From Candidatus Spyradenecus sp. (GTDB lineage: Bacteria; Verrucomicrobiota; Verrucomicrobiia; Opitutales; UBA953): a DNA stretch of 64,000 nt. A program made the translations under genes and the position numbers. This document shows positions 51,533 to 61,939 of the stretch, one piece after another; the first letter of the stretch is position 1; each line of letters begins with the position of its first letter. The stretch spans positions 1-64,000 of the forward strand of contig JAZSKX010000013.1 of assembly GCA_045535075.1 (NCBI GenBank). The letters are read 5' to 3'. The notes beneath the pieces are model-generated. The model did not search any database, was not told the DNA's origin, and saw only the letters and a list, made by a program, of their open reading frames with translations.

Positions 51533-52297
51533 ATGAATCCATTTAGAAATTTCGCACTTCCTTTTCTCTTTTATTGGTTTCGCGGCGTACTTGATGTCGT
51601 GTTCCCGCGTTCGTGCGTCATTACGGGCAAGGCGCTGGAAGAAGGAGAGTTAAGCTACATTTGCGAAGAAGGAGCCAAACTTCTCTATTGCATCCACGCG
51701 GCAAGCGCATGCCCGCGATGCGGCGCTTTTCTCGGCGAAAATCCGGCAACGAAGAACATTTGTCCGAACTGCATCAATCGCGGGAACGAAGACTTGCAAA
51801 TTGGGCGCTCCCGCAGCGTCGTCTGCTTAGACAGCTTTTCGCGTCCGATTGTTTTTTCCCTGAAATATTGGAAACTTCCGTCGATCGCCCGCGATATGGC
51901 TGTTCTGGCAACGCGCTCCCGCGGATTTGTTGAATATTTGCAAGACGCGATTCTTGTGCCGGTACCGCTTTGCAAAAAGCGTCTGCGTTCCCGCGGATAC
52001 AACCAGAGCTTGTGCTTGGCTAAAGCGCTTGCAGCCGTTTCCTCCGGAACTTGCGTGGCGGATGTTCTTGAACGCACACGCGACACGGGAACGCAGACGC
52101 ATTTGGATGCGGAAGCACGCAGGGAAAATGTTCGCGGAGCATTTGTCGCTAAGGGGAACTTTACGGCGAATCCTAAAAAGCGTTATATTCTGATCGACGA
52201 TGTTTTTACAACGGGATCGACGCTTTCCGAGTGCGCCGTTGCGTTACGACGTCGCGGAGCCGTCAGAGTCGACGCCGCGACGTTTGCTCACGGATAG
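51533..52297 (+). CDS. comF: ComF family protein
   Basis: Start revised to ATG 51533; Cys pairs, LVPVPL..RGYNQS, LIDDVFTTGSTL. Confidence 0.9.
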   Translation: MNPFRNFALPFLFYWFRGVLDVVFPRSCVITGKALEEGELSYICEEGAKLLYCIHAASACPRCGAFLGENPATKNICPNCINRGNEDLQIGRSRSVVCLDSFSRPIVFSLKYWKLPSIARDMAVLATRSRGFVEYLQDAILVPVPLCKKRLRSRGYNQSLCLAKALAAVSSGTCVADVLERTRDTGTQTHLDAEARRENVRGAFVAKGNFTANPKKRYILIDDVFTTGSTLSECAVALRRRGAVRVDAATFAHG

Positions 52298-52299
52298 TA

Positions 52300-55200
52300 C
52301 TAGCGCGTTTCGAGCGCTGAGGATTTCGAATGAGCGGAAAATTCCGGCGCGTAGAGCGAACGGATTTCCGCATGCCCGGCGGAATATTTTCCGCTGTGGA
52401 CGGCACGAATCGAATATTCCAAGACATGCTTTCCTTGCGGAAGGCGGTCGAAGAAAAATTCTTCCGCCGTGTCGCTACTTGTCGTGTAGTACCAAACGGC
52501 GTTGTTCCAACGATAGCCGGAGCGTGTTCCCGTCGGTTCACAACCCGAAGCGCGTAAATCTTTGACGTGGACGAATTCGAAATCCCGGTCGGCTTCGATG
52601 ACGAGACGCACGACGATTTCGTCGCCCGGAAGAAGCATTTCCGCGCGAATCGGATAAAGACGCGCTTTCCCGTCGTCACCCGGTGCTTTCTTCCAAAGAG
52701 ATTTGCGAATCTTAAATCCGTTCGACGGCGTGTAATTTTCGATTGAGTCAATATCCGCTTCGTAGTTCCAAACAGCGGAAACGAAAATCGGATTTTTCCC
52801 CGGATTCTTCATTTTGAGGGTTTCAAGCGCGGGAACAATTTCCCCCGAAGCAAAGCGCTTGCCGCCCGCCGCGATGCGTTGCGTTCCCGCAAAAACCTCC
52901 GGTTCGGCTACGTTTTCAGCTGCCGTCGTTGCGTTGCCGCGCATTGCGTCTTCCGTCAGCGTTCCCGCGTCGTCGTCCGCGTTTGCGTTCGGTGCGTTTG
53001 TGCGGAGCAGGGCGAAAACTGCTTCCGCCGTCGCGCGGGACGCCTGCCACGCCTGTGCCTGCTTTTGCGTGAGCAACCACGTCTTTAACTCGGCAACCGC
53101 CTCAGCATCGTTTGCGACTTTGGCAAAAAGTTCAATCATCATTGCCTGAGTTTCGATTGAGGCGAATTCAACGCACCACGGACAAAGGCTGTATCCATTC
53201 TTCCAATACATTCCGAGATCTTCGCTCGTCACGGCGTGCTGGCGAATCGACTCGACGATACGCTCCGAAACGGGATAAGTTCCGCCGGCGAGAACAATCG
53301 CGATTTGCGCCTGTGAATAACGCGGGAGCTTTGTCCAATTTTCCGGCTTGCACGCTTCGGCGATATAGTGATTCCACGCTTGATCGAGATCGCCCGTCTG
53401 GCGCGTAAGGTGGCGCATATAAAGCCAATCGACAAGTTCGCAGTCGAGCGGCGCGGGAACGCGCTCTCCTTTTGCATTGAAGCGGTTGAACTTGGATTTT
53501 GCCCAGCGATCCTGCGCGATGACGGCGCTATGGGCAAACTCGATTTCGGATTTTTCGAGCGCGCCGATTTCGACGAGGCGTGCGAGTCCGATAAGAATTG
53601 TTCGCGTGATGCGCGGTGAGACGTTTTGTGCGCCCGGGAACCAAGACCAGCCGTCGCCCTTGAGTTCTGCGAGGCGTTCCCGCAAAACGGCAAGTGCACG
53701 TGCCGATTCCTGTGCCATCGTGTTGCCGTCAAACAACTGTGCGACGGCGCGGCGCTGCGCGGTTTCGTCGTCCGCATCTGCAACAAACGGCGTTGCCTCA
53801 AGAGCAATATTTTTTGCCGTATTTTGAGCGAGCGGCGAATGTAAATCCTGCGCGTCGTTTCCGAGTGCCGTGAGAGCCTCAAACTTGCGGCGGTAATCCG
53901 GATTTTCCTTTGCGATTTTTTCCGCAAGTTTGTTCGTGTAGAAGCGGTAGAAAATCGAATCGGAGGAATCGTTTTCGCGTGCAAGTAAGGCAAGTCGCGG
54001 GAGCGCCAAAAACGCATCCCACGCGGGATCGGCGTTAATTTCGATGCTTAATTGGTCGATTTTTTTATTTTTTAGGTCGAGCGCCGCTTCGCGTTCCGTA
54101 CCTGCGCGTACGAGAAAATTCGCACTTTCGGAAACGGAAATTTTTCGGGGAAGAACGGGCAACAAAGCTTCTTCTCCGTCAGAAAATTCTTCCGCGCGCG
54201 CCGTTGCACGGTAGGTGAGAAAACCGCAGTTTTCGGGAACGCGGATTTTCCAAGTCAGCGTTTTTGTCGCACCGGCGGGAACGGAGAATGCCTGTTCCCG
54301 TGCTTCATCGCAGAGTTCGGCAAAAACGTCTTTGCGGTTATCGGCACGGTTGAATGCGATTTGAGCCTTGCCGGAGAGCGGCGTTTTTCCGCTGTTGGAA
54401 ATCTTGACGGGAAACTCAATTGTGTCGCCTTCACGCAAAAAGCGCGGCGCATTCGGTTGCGCCATTAGCGGTTTTGACGTGACGATGCTTTTATTTTCAA
54501 GAGAGCCGCTTCGCAGGTTTTTGTCGTGTGCGAACGCGATAAAGCGCCAACCGGTCAGCGCCTCGGGAACGACAAATGTAATTTGAGCAACACCGTTTGC
54601 ATCCGTGTTGATGAAGGGATGGAAAAATGCCGTTTCCTGAAGATTTTTTCGCGGAGAAGGTGGAGTGTCGATGCGCTGTTCCCGTGAGCCTTCTTCGGAT
54701 TCGGGCTCTTCGGCGGAGTGTGCTACGGCGAATGCGCCGTTGACGAGGTTCTCCGATTCGCAATCCTCCATCCAATCTTCCCCTATCGATTCCGGAGACG
54801 GCGCGGCTTGGACCGTTGCGGCACGCGGAGCAGCTCCTCGCGCTTTGCGGGATACGAATCCGACGGGCATAGAACCGAATTCGGAGAATTTTGGTGCTTT
54901 GCGCCAAGGTAAAATCCAATCAATCGCTTCATACAAGCTTCGCTTTGCGTAAGGCGTTTCCGGAAATGCTTCGGAGCTGTAGAGCGTTGATAGAACTTGG
55001 TTTTTGATAAGGCTCGGGCGCCAATTGCGGGAATCATAACTCGAGAAATCGAAGCTGCCGATGTCTTGCCAATTGTTGCAGAAGCTGTCGAGCGATCGGT
55101 CGTAGAGCAGGGCAAGCATTTCGGCGCTTGCCGGCGTTCCGTCCGGAAGCGTGATGCGAGCCGTCCACACCTCTGCGCCGCCGGGAACGAGTTGCGAACG

Positions 55201-58200
55201 GAAGCGTTGCCATTCGATCTTCAAATCTTTTTTCGGCTCGGGAACGCTGACGTAATAATCGGACGAAAACATTCTTCCGTCGCGGAATTGTGTGAGGCGG
55301 ACATTGAATCCGCCGATGAGTTCCTGCGTCACGGGAACGTTAATCGTTTCCTGCGTATTGCCTTTTATTGTCCAAAAGATTTTCAGCGGTTTTCCGTTTT
55401 TGGCGATTTCAACGCGCGCACGTGCCGAGTCGTAGCCGCTTCCCCAAACAAAGGAAAAAGTCTCACCGACTTGCGTCTCATGATTATAGCCGGCTTCTTT
55501 GCTGAGAATTATCGGTTGTCTAACCGGGCATCGTGTGGCGTTCCCGCCGATTTTGGTCAGACCTACAGTCTTTTCAAACGGACGCGCGAATGCGTCTTTC
55601 CCGGAGAGAACGACCTGAAACGAACCGGATTCCGGCAATGCATTTTCCGGAATTTCGATGTGCGTTACGCCGGTTTTCACATCCGAGGTGAACTGAGTTT
55701 CAAAAAGCTTTTTTCCGCGGACGCCTTCGTCATTGCGCGGGTAACCTGCAGGGAGTCTGAAGCGTCTGATTTTTTCGGGAAGGACGGCTTCGTAAATGCT
55801 GAGCGTTGCGGGAACGGCAAGCGGTTTGAAAGACAAATTCGTCAAACGCACTTCGGCTTTCTTGTCGTTAACATTTAAATCCGCCCGAACGCCGCAATTG
55901 CCGATTTCGAGTCTTGTCGTTTCGATGTGTGTTTCTCCGGTGCTGTCGGTAACGGCAATTTCGACGGAATAAGCGCGGTCCAGTTCACGTTCCGCTTCCA
56001 ATTTTTCGCTCGGCGAAAGCTTACGTGCTTCGCGCTTGGAGAGTTTTTTCGTCTTTGTCGGAAACGCGATTTTAAAATTCCCGTCGGAATCGAGTTTGCC
56101 TTCGCCGCGGGCAATCAATTTTTCTTCGAATCCGTAATCGGCAAAAGAACTTTCCGTAGCATTCCATGTAATCTTGGCATCGGCTAGCGGCATTCCCGTA
56201 AATGCCTTGGCACTGACTAATACCTCTGCAGCTTGCCCGAGAATGACTTGTTTTTCGGGTGATTCGATAGAGAGTTCAAATTTCGGGCGCTTGTATTCTT
56301 CAACGCTGATGTATTTTTCGATCTTATCGAATTTCAGCTTAAACGCGCCTTTGAGCAATCCGGCAGGCGCGGTAAACGTTCCCGCAAACGAGCCGAACGC
56401 ATTCGTATAGCATTCGGTTTTGGCGACTTCTTTGTCGTTTGCGTCGAAAAGCTTGACTTCGACTTTCTCGCCGGGAAGCACCTTGCCCGATCCGGGAACA
56501 TCCGCGTCATAACGGGCTCGGATTCCTTTGAAATGAATAAGTTGCCCCGGACGATAAATCGCCCGGTCGGTGAAAAGCTTCCCGATGTCGTTGTCCGGCT
56601 TGCGCTCTGTTCCGCGCCATGTAGTTTTTTCGGAAATACTGACGGCGTTCCCGTCGGGCGCGACGGCGAGTGCAACGAAATCCGCCTTGAGGCCGGGAAG
56701 CTCGAAGCTGCCGTCTGCCGTGCTTTTTACGCTTTCCACAGGAACGCGGTCGCCGCCGTAAACTTTGTTCCACGCGGCGATTTCGACATTTCCGAGCGGT
56801 TCTCCGGTCTTAGCGTCAACGACGTAGCCGCGCAACGTACGCACATCCTTCGCATTCCGGCGAAACGGAATCGCTTCCGTGATAACGGCAATGTCGGAAA
56901 CCCAAACCGTCATGTACGGAATACGATCGTCTGAGAAGGATTTGAAATTCGGGTCTGCCGATGCCGTAATAAAGTAAAAACCGGGTTCGAATTTCTCGAA
57001 CGGCGCGGGAACGACGAATTCGTGTTCCGCAAAATCGGTGAACGTTTCGAGTTCCTGCGACCATGTAATCGCGCCTTCTTCGCTGAGTAAAATTTCTCGG
57101 CGTTCGTCTTTTGAAAGATTTTCGGGGCGGTTGCGTTCCCGCCGCAGGAAATCCTGCCAGTCCCACGGCACGGCGCGGAAATGAATTTTTCCGATGTTTT
57201 GGGCTTTAAACGCTATTTGTGAGGATTCCGCATCGAACCAAGTTGCTTCCGTACTCAAGGCGCCGAGATGCTGCGATGTCATCGAATCCAAGACGGCGGC
57301 ACATTCTGCGGAATTTTTATGTTGTTTGTATTTTTCAAAGCCTTCTTTGGCGAAGAGGAAAGCTTCTTCCCGCCGCTCGTCTTCAATGGCGTTTTGCGCA
57401 AGTGCGGCAAAGGCTTCTGCGGCAATCGGATAATAGGAAAATTCCTTGGTGAAATTTTTCAGATCGGCTTCGTAGCTTTCGCTTTCCGGAGAAAATCCGG
57501 CAAAAACGGCACGCGCGTAGGCGGACTTATCGGCGTCGTTGACGTGAAACTCTTTCCATGCGTCAAGCAGTTCGCGATAGGCTTTTTCTGCGGCGGGAAC
57601 GCGGCGGGTAAGCGTCGGATAAAACTTGACGGCATCTTGGGCGAAGAAGTCGTAGAGTGTCGGAAAATCCGCGGGTTGCGAATCGTTGAGCGAAAAAATT
57701 CCGAACGCGTTCCCGCGGAATATTTTTAGGATTTTCTTATTGCTTGTCTGCTTGGCGGCGAACATTGCAATCGGGATTTTTTTCAATGTTTCGGCGTCTT
57801 CAAAAACGTTTTGATAAGCGGCAAGCGCAGCGGCGGCAAGCCGGTCGTTGCTCCAGATCGCGAGATCGTCGTCTTTACCTTCGTTGTCGGCAAGCGGCGT
57901 TTGCGGACGCATTTGTCCGAAGCGTCGCTCATTTGACAAATCCCGGAGCGTGCAAGCGAGTACGGAGGAAAGAAACGCACGCGCCTCGACGGACGGAGCC
58001 TCGGCGACGGCGCGTTGCAACTCCCGAACTGCGGTGACGGATTCGTTTCTGCCTTCTTCGATTTGGGCTCGCGTAGCGGCTCGCAAACAGAGAGCGAGCG
58101 CGTATTCGTCCCAAGCGGCGGCTTGTTCTGCTTGCCCGGCGATTTCGTCGAACGCGGCAATGGCATCGCGCGGTTTTTCGCGAATAACGGAAAGGGCGTT

Positions 58201-58293
58201 TTCCCAAAAGATTTCACGCGGATTTTCTTGCGCCGAAAGCAGGAGCGTTCCCGCGACAAAAGAAGAAAGAGCAAAAGCGATTATTTTTTTCAT
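52300..58293 (-). CDS. bacterial alpha-2-macroglobulin family protein
   Basis: Signal peptide; FTDRAIYRPG, VEEYKRPKF, RKNLQETAFF, PNAPRFLREGD, GWSWFPG, YAPEFSAHS. Confidence 0.92.
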   Translation of the reverse strand: MKKIIAFALSSFVAGTLLLSAQENPREIFWENALSVIREKPRDAIAAFDEIAGQAEQAAAWDEYALALCLRAATRAQIEEGRNESVTAVRELQRAVAEAPSVEARAFLSSVLACTLRDLSNERRFGQMRPQTPLADNEGKDDDLAIWSNDRLAAAALAAYQNVFEDAETLKKIPIAMFAAKQTSNKKILKIFRGNAFGIFSLNDSQPADFPTLYDFFAQDAVKFYPTLTRRVPAAEKAYRELLDAWKEFHVNDADKSAYARAVFAGFSPESESYEADLKNFTKEFSYYPIAAEAFAALAQNAIEDERREEAFLFAKEGFEKYKQHKNSAECAAVLDSMTSQHLGALSTEATWFDAESSQIAFKAQNIGKIHFRAVPWDWQDFLRRERNRPENLSKDERREILLSEEGAITWSQELETFTDFAEHEFVVPAPFEKFEPGFYFITASADPNFKSFSDDRIPYMTVWVSDIAVITEAIPFRRNAKDVRTLRGYVVDAKTGEPLGNVEIAAWNKVYGGDRVPVESVKSTADGSFELPGLKADFVALAVAPDGNAVSISEKTTWRGTERKPDNDIGKLFTDRAIYRPGQLIHFKGIRARYDADVPGSGKVLPGEKVEVKLFDANDKEVAKTECYTNAFGSFAGTFTAPAGLLKGAFKLKFDKIEKYISVEEYKRPKFELSIESPEKQVILGQAAEVLVSAKAFTGMPLADAKITWNATESSFADYGFEEKLIARGEGKLDSDGNFKIAFPTKTKKLSKREARKLSPSEKLEAERELDRAYSVEIAVTDSTGETHIETTRLEIGNCGVRADLNVNDKKAEVRLTNLSFKPLAVPATLSIYEAVLPEKIRRFRLPAGYPRNDEGVRGKKLFETQFTSDVKTGVTHIEIPENALPESGSFQVVLSGKDAFARPFEKTVGLTKIGGNATRCPVRQPIILSKEAGYNHETQVGETFSFVWGSGYDSARARVEIAKNGKPLKIFWTIKGNTQETINVPVTQELIGGFNVRLTQFRDGRMFSSDYYVSVPEPKKDLKIEWQRFRSQLVPGGAEVWTARITLPDGTPASAEMLALLYDRSLDSFCNNWQDIGSFDFSSYDSRNWRPSLIKNQVLSTLYSSEAFPETPYAKRSLYEAIDWILPWRKAPKFSEFGSMPVGFVSRKARGAAPRAATVQAAPSPESIGEDWMEDCESENLVNGAFAVAHSAEEPESEEGSREQRIDTPPSPRKNLQETAFFHPFINTDANGVAQITFVVPEALTGWRFIAFAHDKNLRSGSLENKSIVTSKPLMAQPNAPRFLREGDTIEFPVKISNSGKTPLSGKAQIAFNRADNRKDVFAELCDEAREQAFSVPAGATKTLTWKIRVPENCGFLTYRATARAEEFSDGEEALLPVLPRKISVSESANFLVRAGTEREAALDLKNKKIDQLSIEINADPAWDAFLALPRLALLARENDSSDSIFYRFYTNKLAEKIAKENPDYRRKFEALTALGNDAQDLHSPLAQNTAKNIALEATPFVADADDETAQRRAVAQLFDGNTMAQESARALAVLRERLAELKGDGWSWFPGAQNVSPRITRTILIGLARLVEIGALEKSEIEFAHSAVIAQDRWAKSKFNRFNAKGERVPAPLDCELVDWLYMRHLTRQTGDLDQAWNHYIAEACKPENWTKLPRYSQAQIAIVLAGGTYPVSERIVESIRQHAVTSEDLGMYWKNGYSLCPWCVEFASIETQAMMIELFAKVANDAEAVAELKTWLLTQKQAQAWQASRATAEAVFALLRTNAPNANADDDAGTLTEDAMRGNATTAAENVAEPEVFAGTQRIAAGGKRFASGEIVPALETLKMKNPGKNPIFVSAVWNYEADIDSIENYTPSNGFKIRKSLWKKAPGDDGKARLYPIRAEMLLPGDEIVVRLVIEADRDFEFVHVKDLRASGCEPTGTRSGYRWNNAVWYYTTSSDTAEEFFFDRLPQGKHVLEYSIRAVHSGKYSAGHAEIRSLYAPEFSAHSKSSALETR

Positions 58294-58352
58294 AGTTTAA
58301 AGGTAGTCTTAATTTAGCTTCTTAGGCGTCAACTGCGTTTTCAAGGCGAATT

Positions 58353-59024
58353 TTAAAAGAAATCGAATTCTCCCTGAAGGTGTTCGCGGAATTTTTTTGC
58401 ACTGGTGCTGGCGGAAATCAAATCGAGGATCTCCGAGCGTTCGAATGCGGGATGCTCGCACATATTGATGAGCAATTCCGCCGCAGCGATTGCGTCGTAG
58501 AGCGCGCAGTGGTAGCGGGAACGATTCTTCGGACAAAATTTTGCGGCGGTTTTTTCAAGACGGTCGCCGATTTCGAAACGCTCGATTAAGGTCGAAAGTT
58601 TGTGCGAATGTTCGTGCGGAAACCATGTTTTGGCAATGCGGCAAGTGTCAATCCACGGTCCCCAGCTGTTAATCGGCGGGCAGCCGGTAATGGAAAAATC
58701 CGGAACTTTCCCGGGAACGCTCCATACGGTACCGAGCATCCCGATTTCCGCCGGCGCGTGGTGCGACCCGAACAGTCCGCTTTGGCGAAGTCCGGAAAAA
58801 ACATTCCAGTCGTTCTCGACGGGAGCGAGCCCTTCGACATCGTCGTTGAAAATGCCGTGAACCTCGGATTCTTCAAGCGGGATAAAGCTTTTGACGCCGC
58901 AGAGTCGCGTGCGTGCGTCAATCACTTTTCCGCCGAGCAAAGTCGCAAAACCGTATTCGACGATTCCGGAATTGACGGAGCCTTCAAAGTCCAAAACGTG
59001 AATCGGAATATTCTTCCAAAACAT
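58353..59024 (-). CDS. DEDDh 3'-5' exonuclease
   Basis: Start revised to MFWKN (59024); VLDFEG, VHGI, WIDT, HCALYDA. Confidence 0.8.
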   Translation of the reverse strand: MFWKNIPIHVLDFEGSVNSGIVEYGFATLLGGKVIDARTRLCGVKSFIPLEESEVHGIFNDDVEGLAPVENDWNVFSGLRQSGLFGSHHAPAEIGMLGTVWSVPGKVPDFSITGCPPINSWGPWIDTCRIAKTWFPHEHSHKLSTLIERFEIGDRLEKTAAKFCPKNRSRYHCALYDAIAAAELLINMCEHPAFERSEILDLISASTSAKKFREHLQGEFDFF

Positions 59025-59058
59025 AAGGTGTGTGCCGATAGAGTTTTTGGAAAAGTGT

Positions 59059-60027
59059 TTAAAAGTCGACGCCCTTAACAAGGCGTTGGACAACTTTTTT
59101 TCCGGTCATCGCCTCGTACCATGCGGCAAACTTTGCGGGAACGCGCATTTCGGAAAGCAATTCATCAAAGACCTGAACGCGTGTTTTGAGCTTTCCGGCA
59201 AGCGGATGTAAAATAAAGGACAAATCGCGCGGGCGGGAATCTGCGGCGCCGGGAACGTCCGCATAGCTGATTTTTTTGACGAGTTTTTCAGCCGGCAACT
59301 CGAAATGCCGGGCAATGCGCGCTCCGATTTCATAGCGGGAAAGCGCCTCGCCGCCCGCCCAATGGTAAACTCCGCTCAGGTTCGGGCGTTCGCACAACTC
59401 GACAAGAACATCGGCAAGATTGCCTGCGCTGACCGGCTGGCGAATTTCTTCGCCGAACAGAGCAGCCTGCTTTCCCGCTGCCCAATCCGCGAAAAGCCGC
59501 TCGTGCAAACTACGCGTTCCCGGGAAAGAATTTCCGGAAATGAGCGTCGTTCGAATGATACTTGCCGCGGACTTTCCGAATTTAAGGACTTCGCGTTCGC
59601 CCATGAGTTTGGTTTGCGCGTAAAGATTGCGCGGGAGCGGCATGTCGGTGTGCTCGTAATTTCCCTTGTCGCCGTCGAAAACCATGTCGGTCGAAACATG
59701 AACAAAGCGTCCGGAAATGTGGTTGGCAAGCATTGCCAATCGGCGCGGGAGCGCGACGTTGAGGCGCTCGGCGCGAGCCGGATTTTCGACGGCTTCAGCG
59801 ATAGACGTAACGGCGGCGCAATTAATAATCGCATCGGGGAATTCCTGAAGAATCAGCGATTCCAAGGCATCGGTATTTTCCAAATCCGTTTTCACGCGGC
59901 GGACCTGCGGGGGCAGAATCGGTTCCGTAGTATGCAAAACCGCCGTTACGTCAAAGCCTCGACGCAATGCGGAAAAAACGGTTTCTCGCCCCAGAAATCC
60001 GGCGGCTCCGGTAATAAACACTTTCAT
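59059..60027 (-). CDS. RmlD-like SDR oxidoreductase
   Basis: Start revised to MKVFITGAAGFLG (60027); HVSTDMVFDG, YAQTK. Confidence 0.85.
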   Translation of the reverse strand: MKVFITGAAGFLGRETVFSALRRGFDVTAVLHTTEPILPPQVRRVKTDLENTDALESLILQEFPDAIINCAAVTSIAEAVENPARAERLNVALPRRLAMLANHISGRFVHVSTDMVFDGDKGNYEHTDMPLPRNLYAQTKLMGEREVLKFGKSAASIIRTTLISGNSFPGTRSLHERLFADWAAGKQAALFGEEIRQPVSAGNLADVLVELCERPNLSGVYHWAGGEALSRYEIGARIARHFELPAEKLVKKISYADVPGAADSRPRDLSFILHPLAGKLKTRVQVFDELLSEMRVPAKFAAWYEAMTGKKVVQRLVKGVDF

Positions 60028-60037
60028 TGGAATGAAG

Positions 60038-60868
60038 CTAAATGCTTCCTTGCGGGAACGCAAATTGATTCAGGCGGGGAACACAGGCGAGCAGGGCGCG
60101 CGTGTATGCGTGTTGCGGGTGAGCAATGAGCTCGCGAGCCGGGCCTTCCTCGAGTTTTTCTCCCCGATAAAAAACGCAAACGCGATCGGCTATCTCGGAG
60201 ACAATGCCGAAATTATGCGTGATGAGTAAAATGCTCATGCCGAAGCGTTCCCGCAAATCGAGCAACAAATTCATGATTTGCTTTTGAATCGTCACGTCAA
60301 GCGCGGTCGTCGGTTCGTCGGCAATGAGAATTTTCGGATTCGCGGCAAGCGCCATTGCAATCATGACGCGTTGCTGCATACCGCCGGAAAACTCATGCGG
60401 GAACGCGCTCGCCAATTCCGGACGAATACCGACGGCATCAAGTACTTCCGCAACGCGCGCGCGGCGTTCCCGCGACGGCATTCCCGGAAGATGAATTTTC
60501 ATCATCTCTTCGATTTGAAAACCGACGGAGTAAGTCGGGTTCAACGAACTGAGCGGATCTTGGAAGATATAGGCGATTTCTTTACCGCGAACCTTGCGTA
60601 AATCGCGTTCCCGCAAGCCGATCAGCTCTTTCCCTCCAAGCAAAGCGCTCCCGCGGATTTGACAGGTCGGAGCTTCCGGAAGCAACCCCGTTAGCGCCTG
60701 CGAAGTTACGGATTTCCCGCTCCCGCTTTCGCCGACAATCGCAAGAATTTCGCCTTTATTCAGAAAAAAGGAAATATTGCGGACGACCGGCGAAACTTTT
60801 CCGCGGGAACAAAAATCCACGCACAAGTCGCGAACAGACAAAAGCGGAGTTTTACCTTCTTTGAGCAC
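60038..60868 (-). CDS. oligopeptide/dipeptide ABC transporter ATPase (OppD-like)
   Basis: GESGSGKS, FSGGMQQR, IADEPTTALD, ITHN, HAYT. Confidence 0.93.
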   Translation of the reverse strand: MLKEGKTPLLSVRDLCVDFCSRGKVSPVVRNISFFLNKGEILAIVGESGSGKSVTSQALTGLLPEAPTCQIRGSALLGGKELIGLRERDLRKVRGKEIAYIFQDPLSSLNPTYSVGFQIEEMMKIHLPGMPSRERRARVAEVLDAVGIRPELASAFPHEFSGGMQQRVMIAMALAANPKILIADEPTTALDVTIQKQIMNLLLDLRERFGMSILLITHNFGIVSEIADRVCVFYRGEKLEEGPARELIAHPQHAYTRALLACVPRLNQFAFPQGSI

Positions 60869-60907
60869 AGCCCCTTTAATCTTTTTACTTTAATCTCTAA
60901 TCTTCCT

Positions 60908-61939
60908 TTACTCGACGGCAAGCATCAGCGAACTCAAGCCGCTTCCGATTCCGAGCAGAGCGATTTTGTCGCCGTTGCGAATAGCGCCGGCTTCGCGCGC
61001 AAGCGTGAGCGTCGCGGGAAGCGAAACCGAGCCGACGTTGCCGAGTCGATCAAAGCTTTGCCAATCCTTGGAGCGGTCGAGCCCGAGTTTTTCAAAGAGA
61101 GCCGCCGTGTGGCGTACGCCGACCTGATGCGTAATGATGCGCGCCGGCGTATTTTCGTCCCATCCGGTTTCTTTTTTGAAATCCTCCCAAGCACGTGCCG
61201 CAAGTGAGATTCCGGCTTCGAGAAGCTTTTCCGAATCGGTTTGCATGGCAAGTGCGTTCCCGCTTGTGTCGCCTTCGCAGAGGCGATTCGCTTCGGAGTC
61301 CGTTGCGACAATGCCGCCGGTCAAATGCGGCGTCCCCGCGGGAACGAGCGAATCATGCGCAAGAATTGCGGCAACCGCTCCCGCGCCGATAGTCAGGTTC
61401 GCAAAATAAGGTTTAACGGAATTGCGCGTAAGCGACGTGTCGGCGTTGAGTTTGGCAATCGTATTTTCAACGAGCGGACGCCCGTTCTCGCCGGAACAAA
61501 TCAGCGCGCGACGAATTTGTCCGGATTCGATTAAGCCGGCGGCAACGACCATCGCGTTGAGGAAACCGAGGCAGGCATTCGAGACATCGAAAATCTGCGT
61601 GCGCTGCGTTAGCCCGAGCAAACCGTGCAGATAAGCCGCCGTCGACGGTTCCAGACGATCGCGGCAAACGGACGAGTGAATCAGCAAGTCGATATCTTCG
61701 GGGCGAGTTCCCGCACGTTGCATGACTTTTTTTCCCGCGAGCGCCGAGGCTTCGGACGGGCGAATCGCGTGCGCCCAAAAACGTCGCTCCCGAATGCCCG
61801 TCATCAACTCAAGGCGTCCGTAGGGCAATTTCAAACGTTCGTAAACGGGAGCCAGTTTTTGTTCCAAGTCCGCTGAAGTCCAAACTTCGGGCGGCAATTC
61901 GACTGCCATTTGCTCGATGGCGACGTGTGAAAATCGCAT
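60908..61939 (-). CDS. OleA-like 3-oxoacyl-ACP synthase III / thiolase
   Basis: LELMTGIRERRFW, RDRLEPSTA, DVSNACLG, THQVG, GNVGSVSLP, LLGIGSGL. Confidence 0.85.
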   Translation of the reverse strand: MRFSHVAIEQMAVELPPEVWTSADLEQKLAPVYERLKLPYGRLELMTGIRERRFWAHAIRPSEASALAGKKVMQRAGTRPEDIDLLIHSSVCRDRLEPSTAAYLHGLLGLTQRTQIFDVSNACLGFLNAMVVAAGLIESGQIRRALICSGENGRPLVENTIAKLNADTSLTRNSVKPYFANLTIGAGAVAAILAHDSLVPAGTPHLTGGIVATDSEANRLCEGDTSGNALAMQTDSEKLLEAGISLAARAWEDFKKETGWDENTPARIITHQVGVRHTAALFEKLGLDRSKDWQSFDRLGNVGSVSLPATLTLAREAGAIRNGDKIALLGIGSGLSSLMLAVE

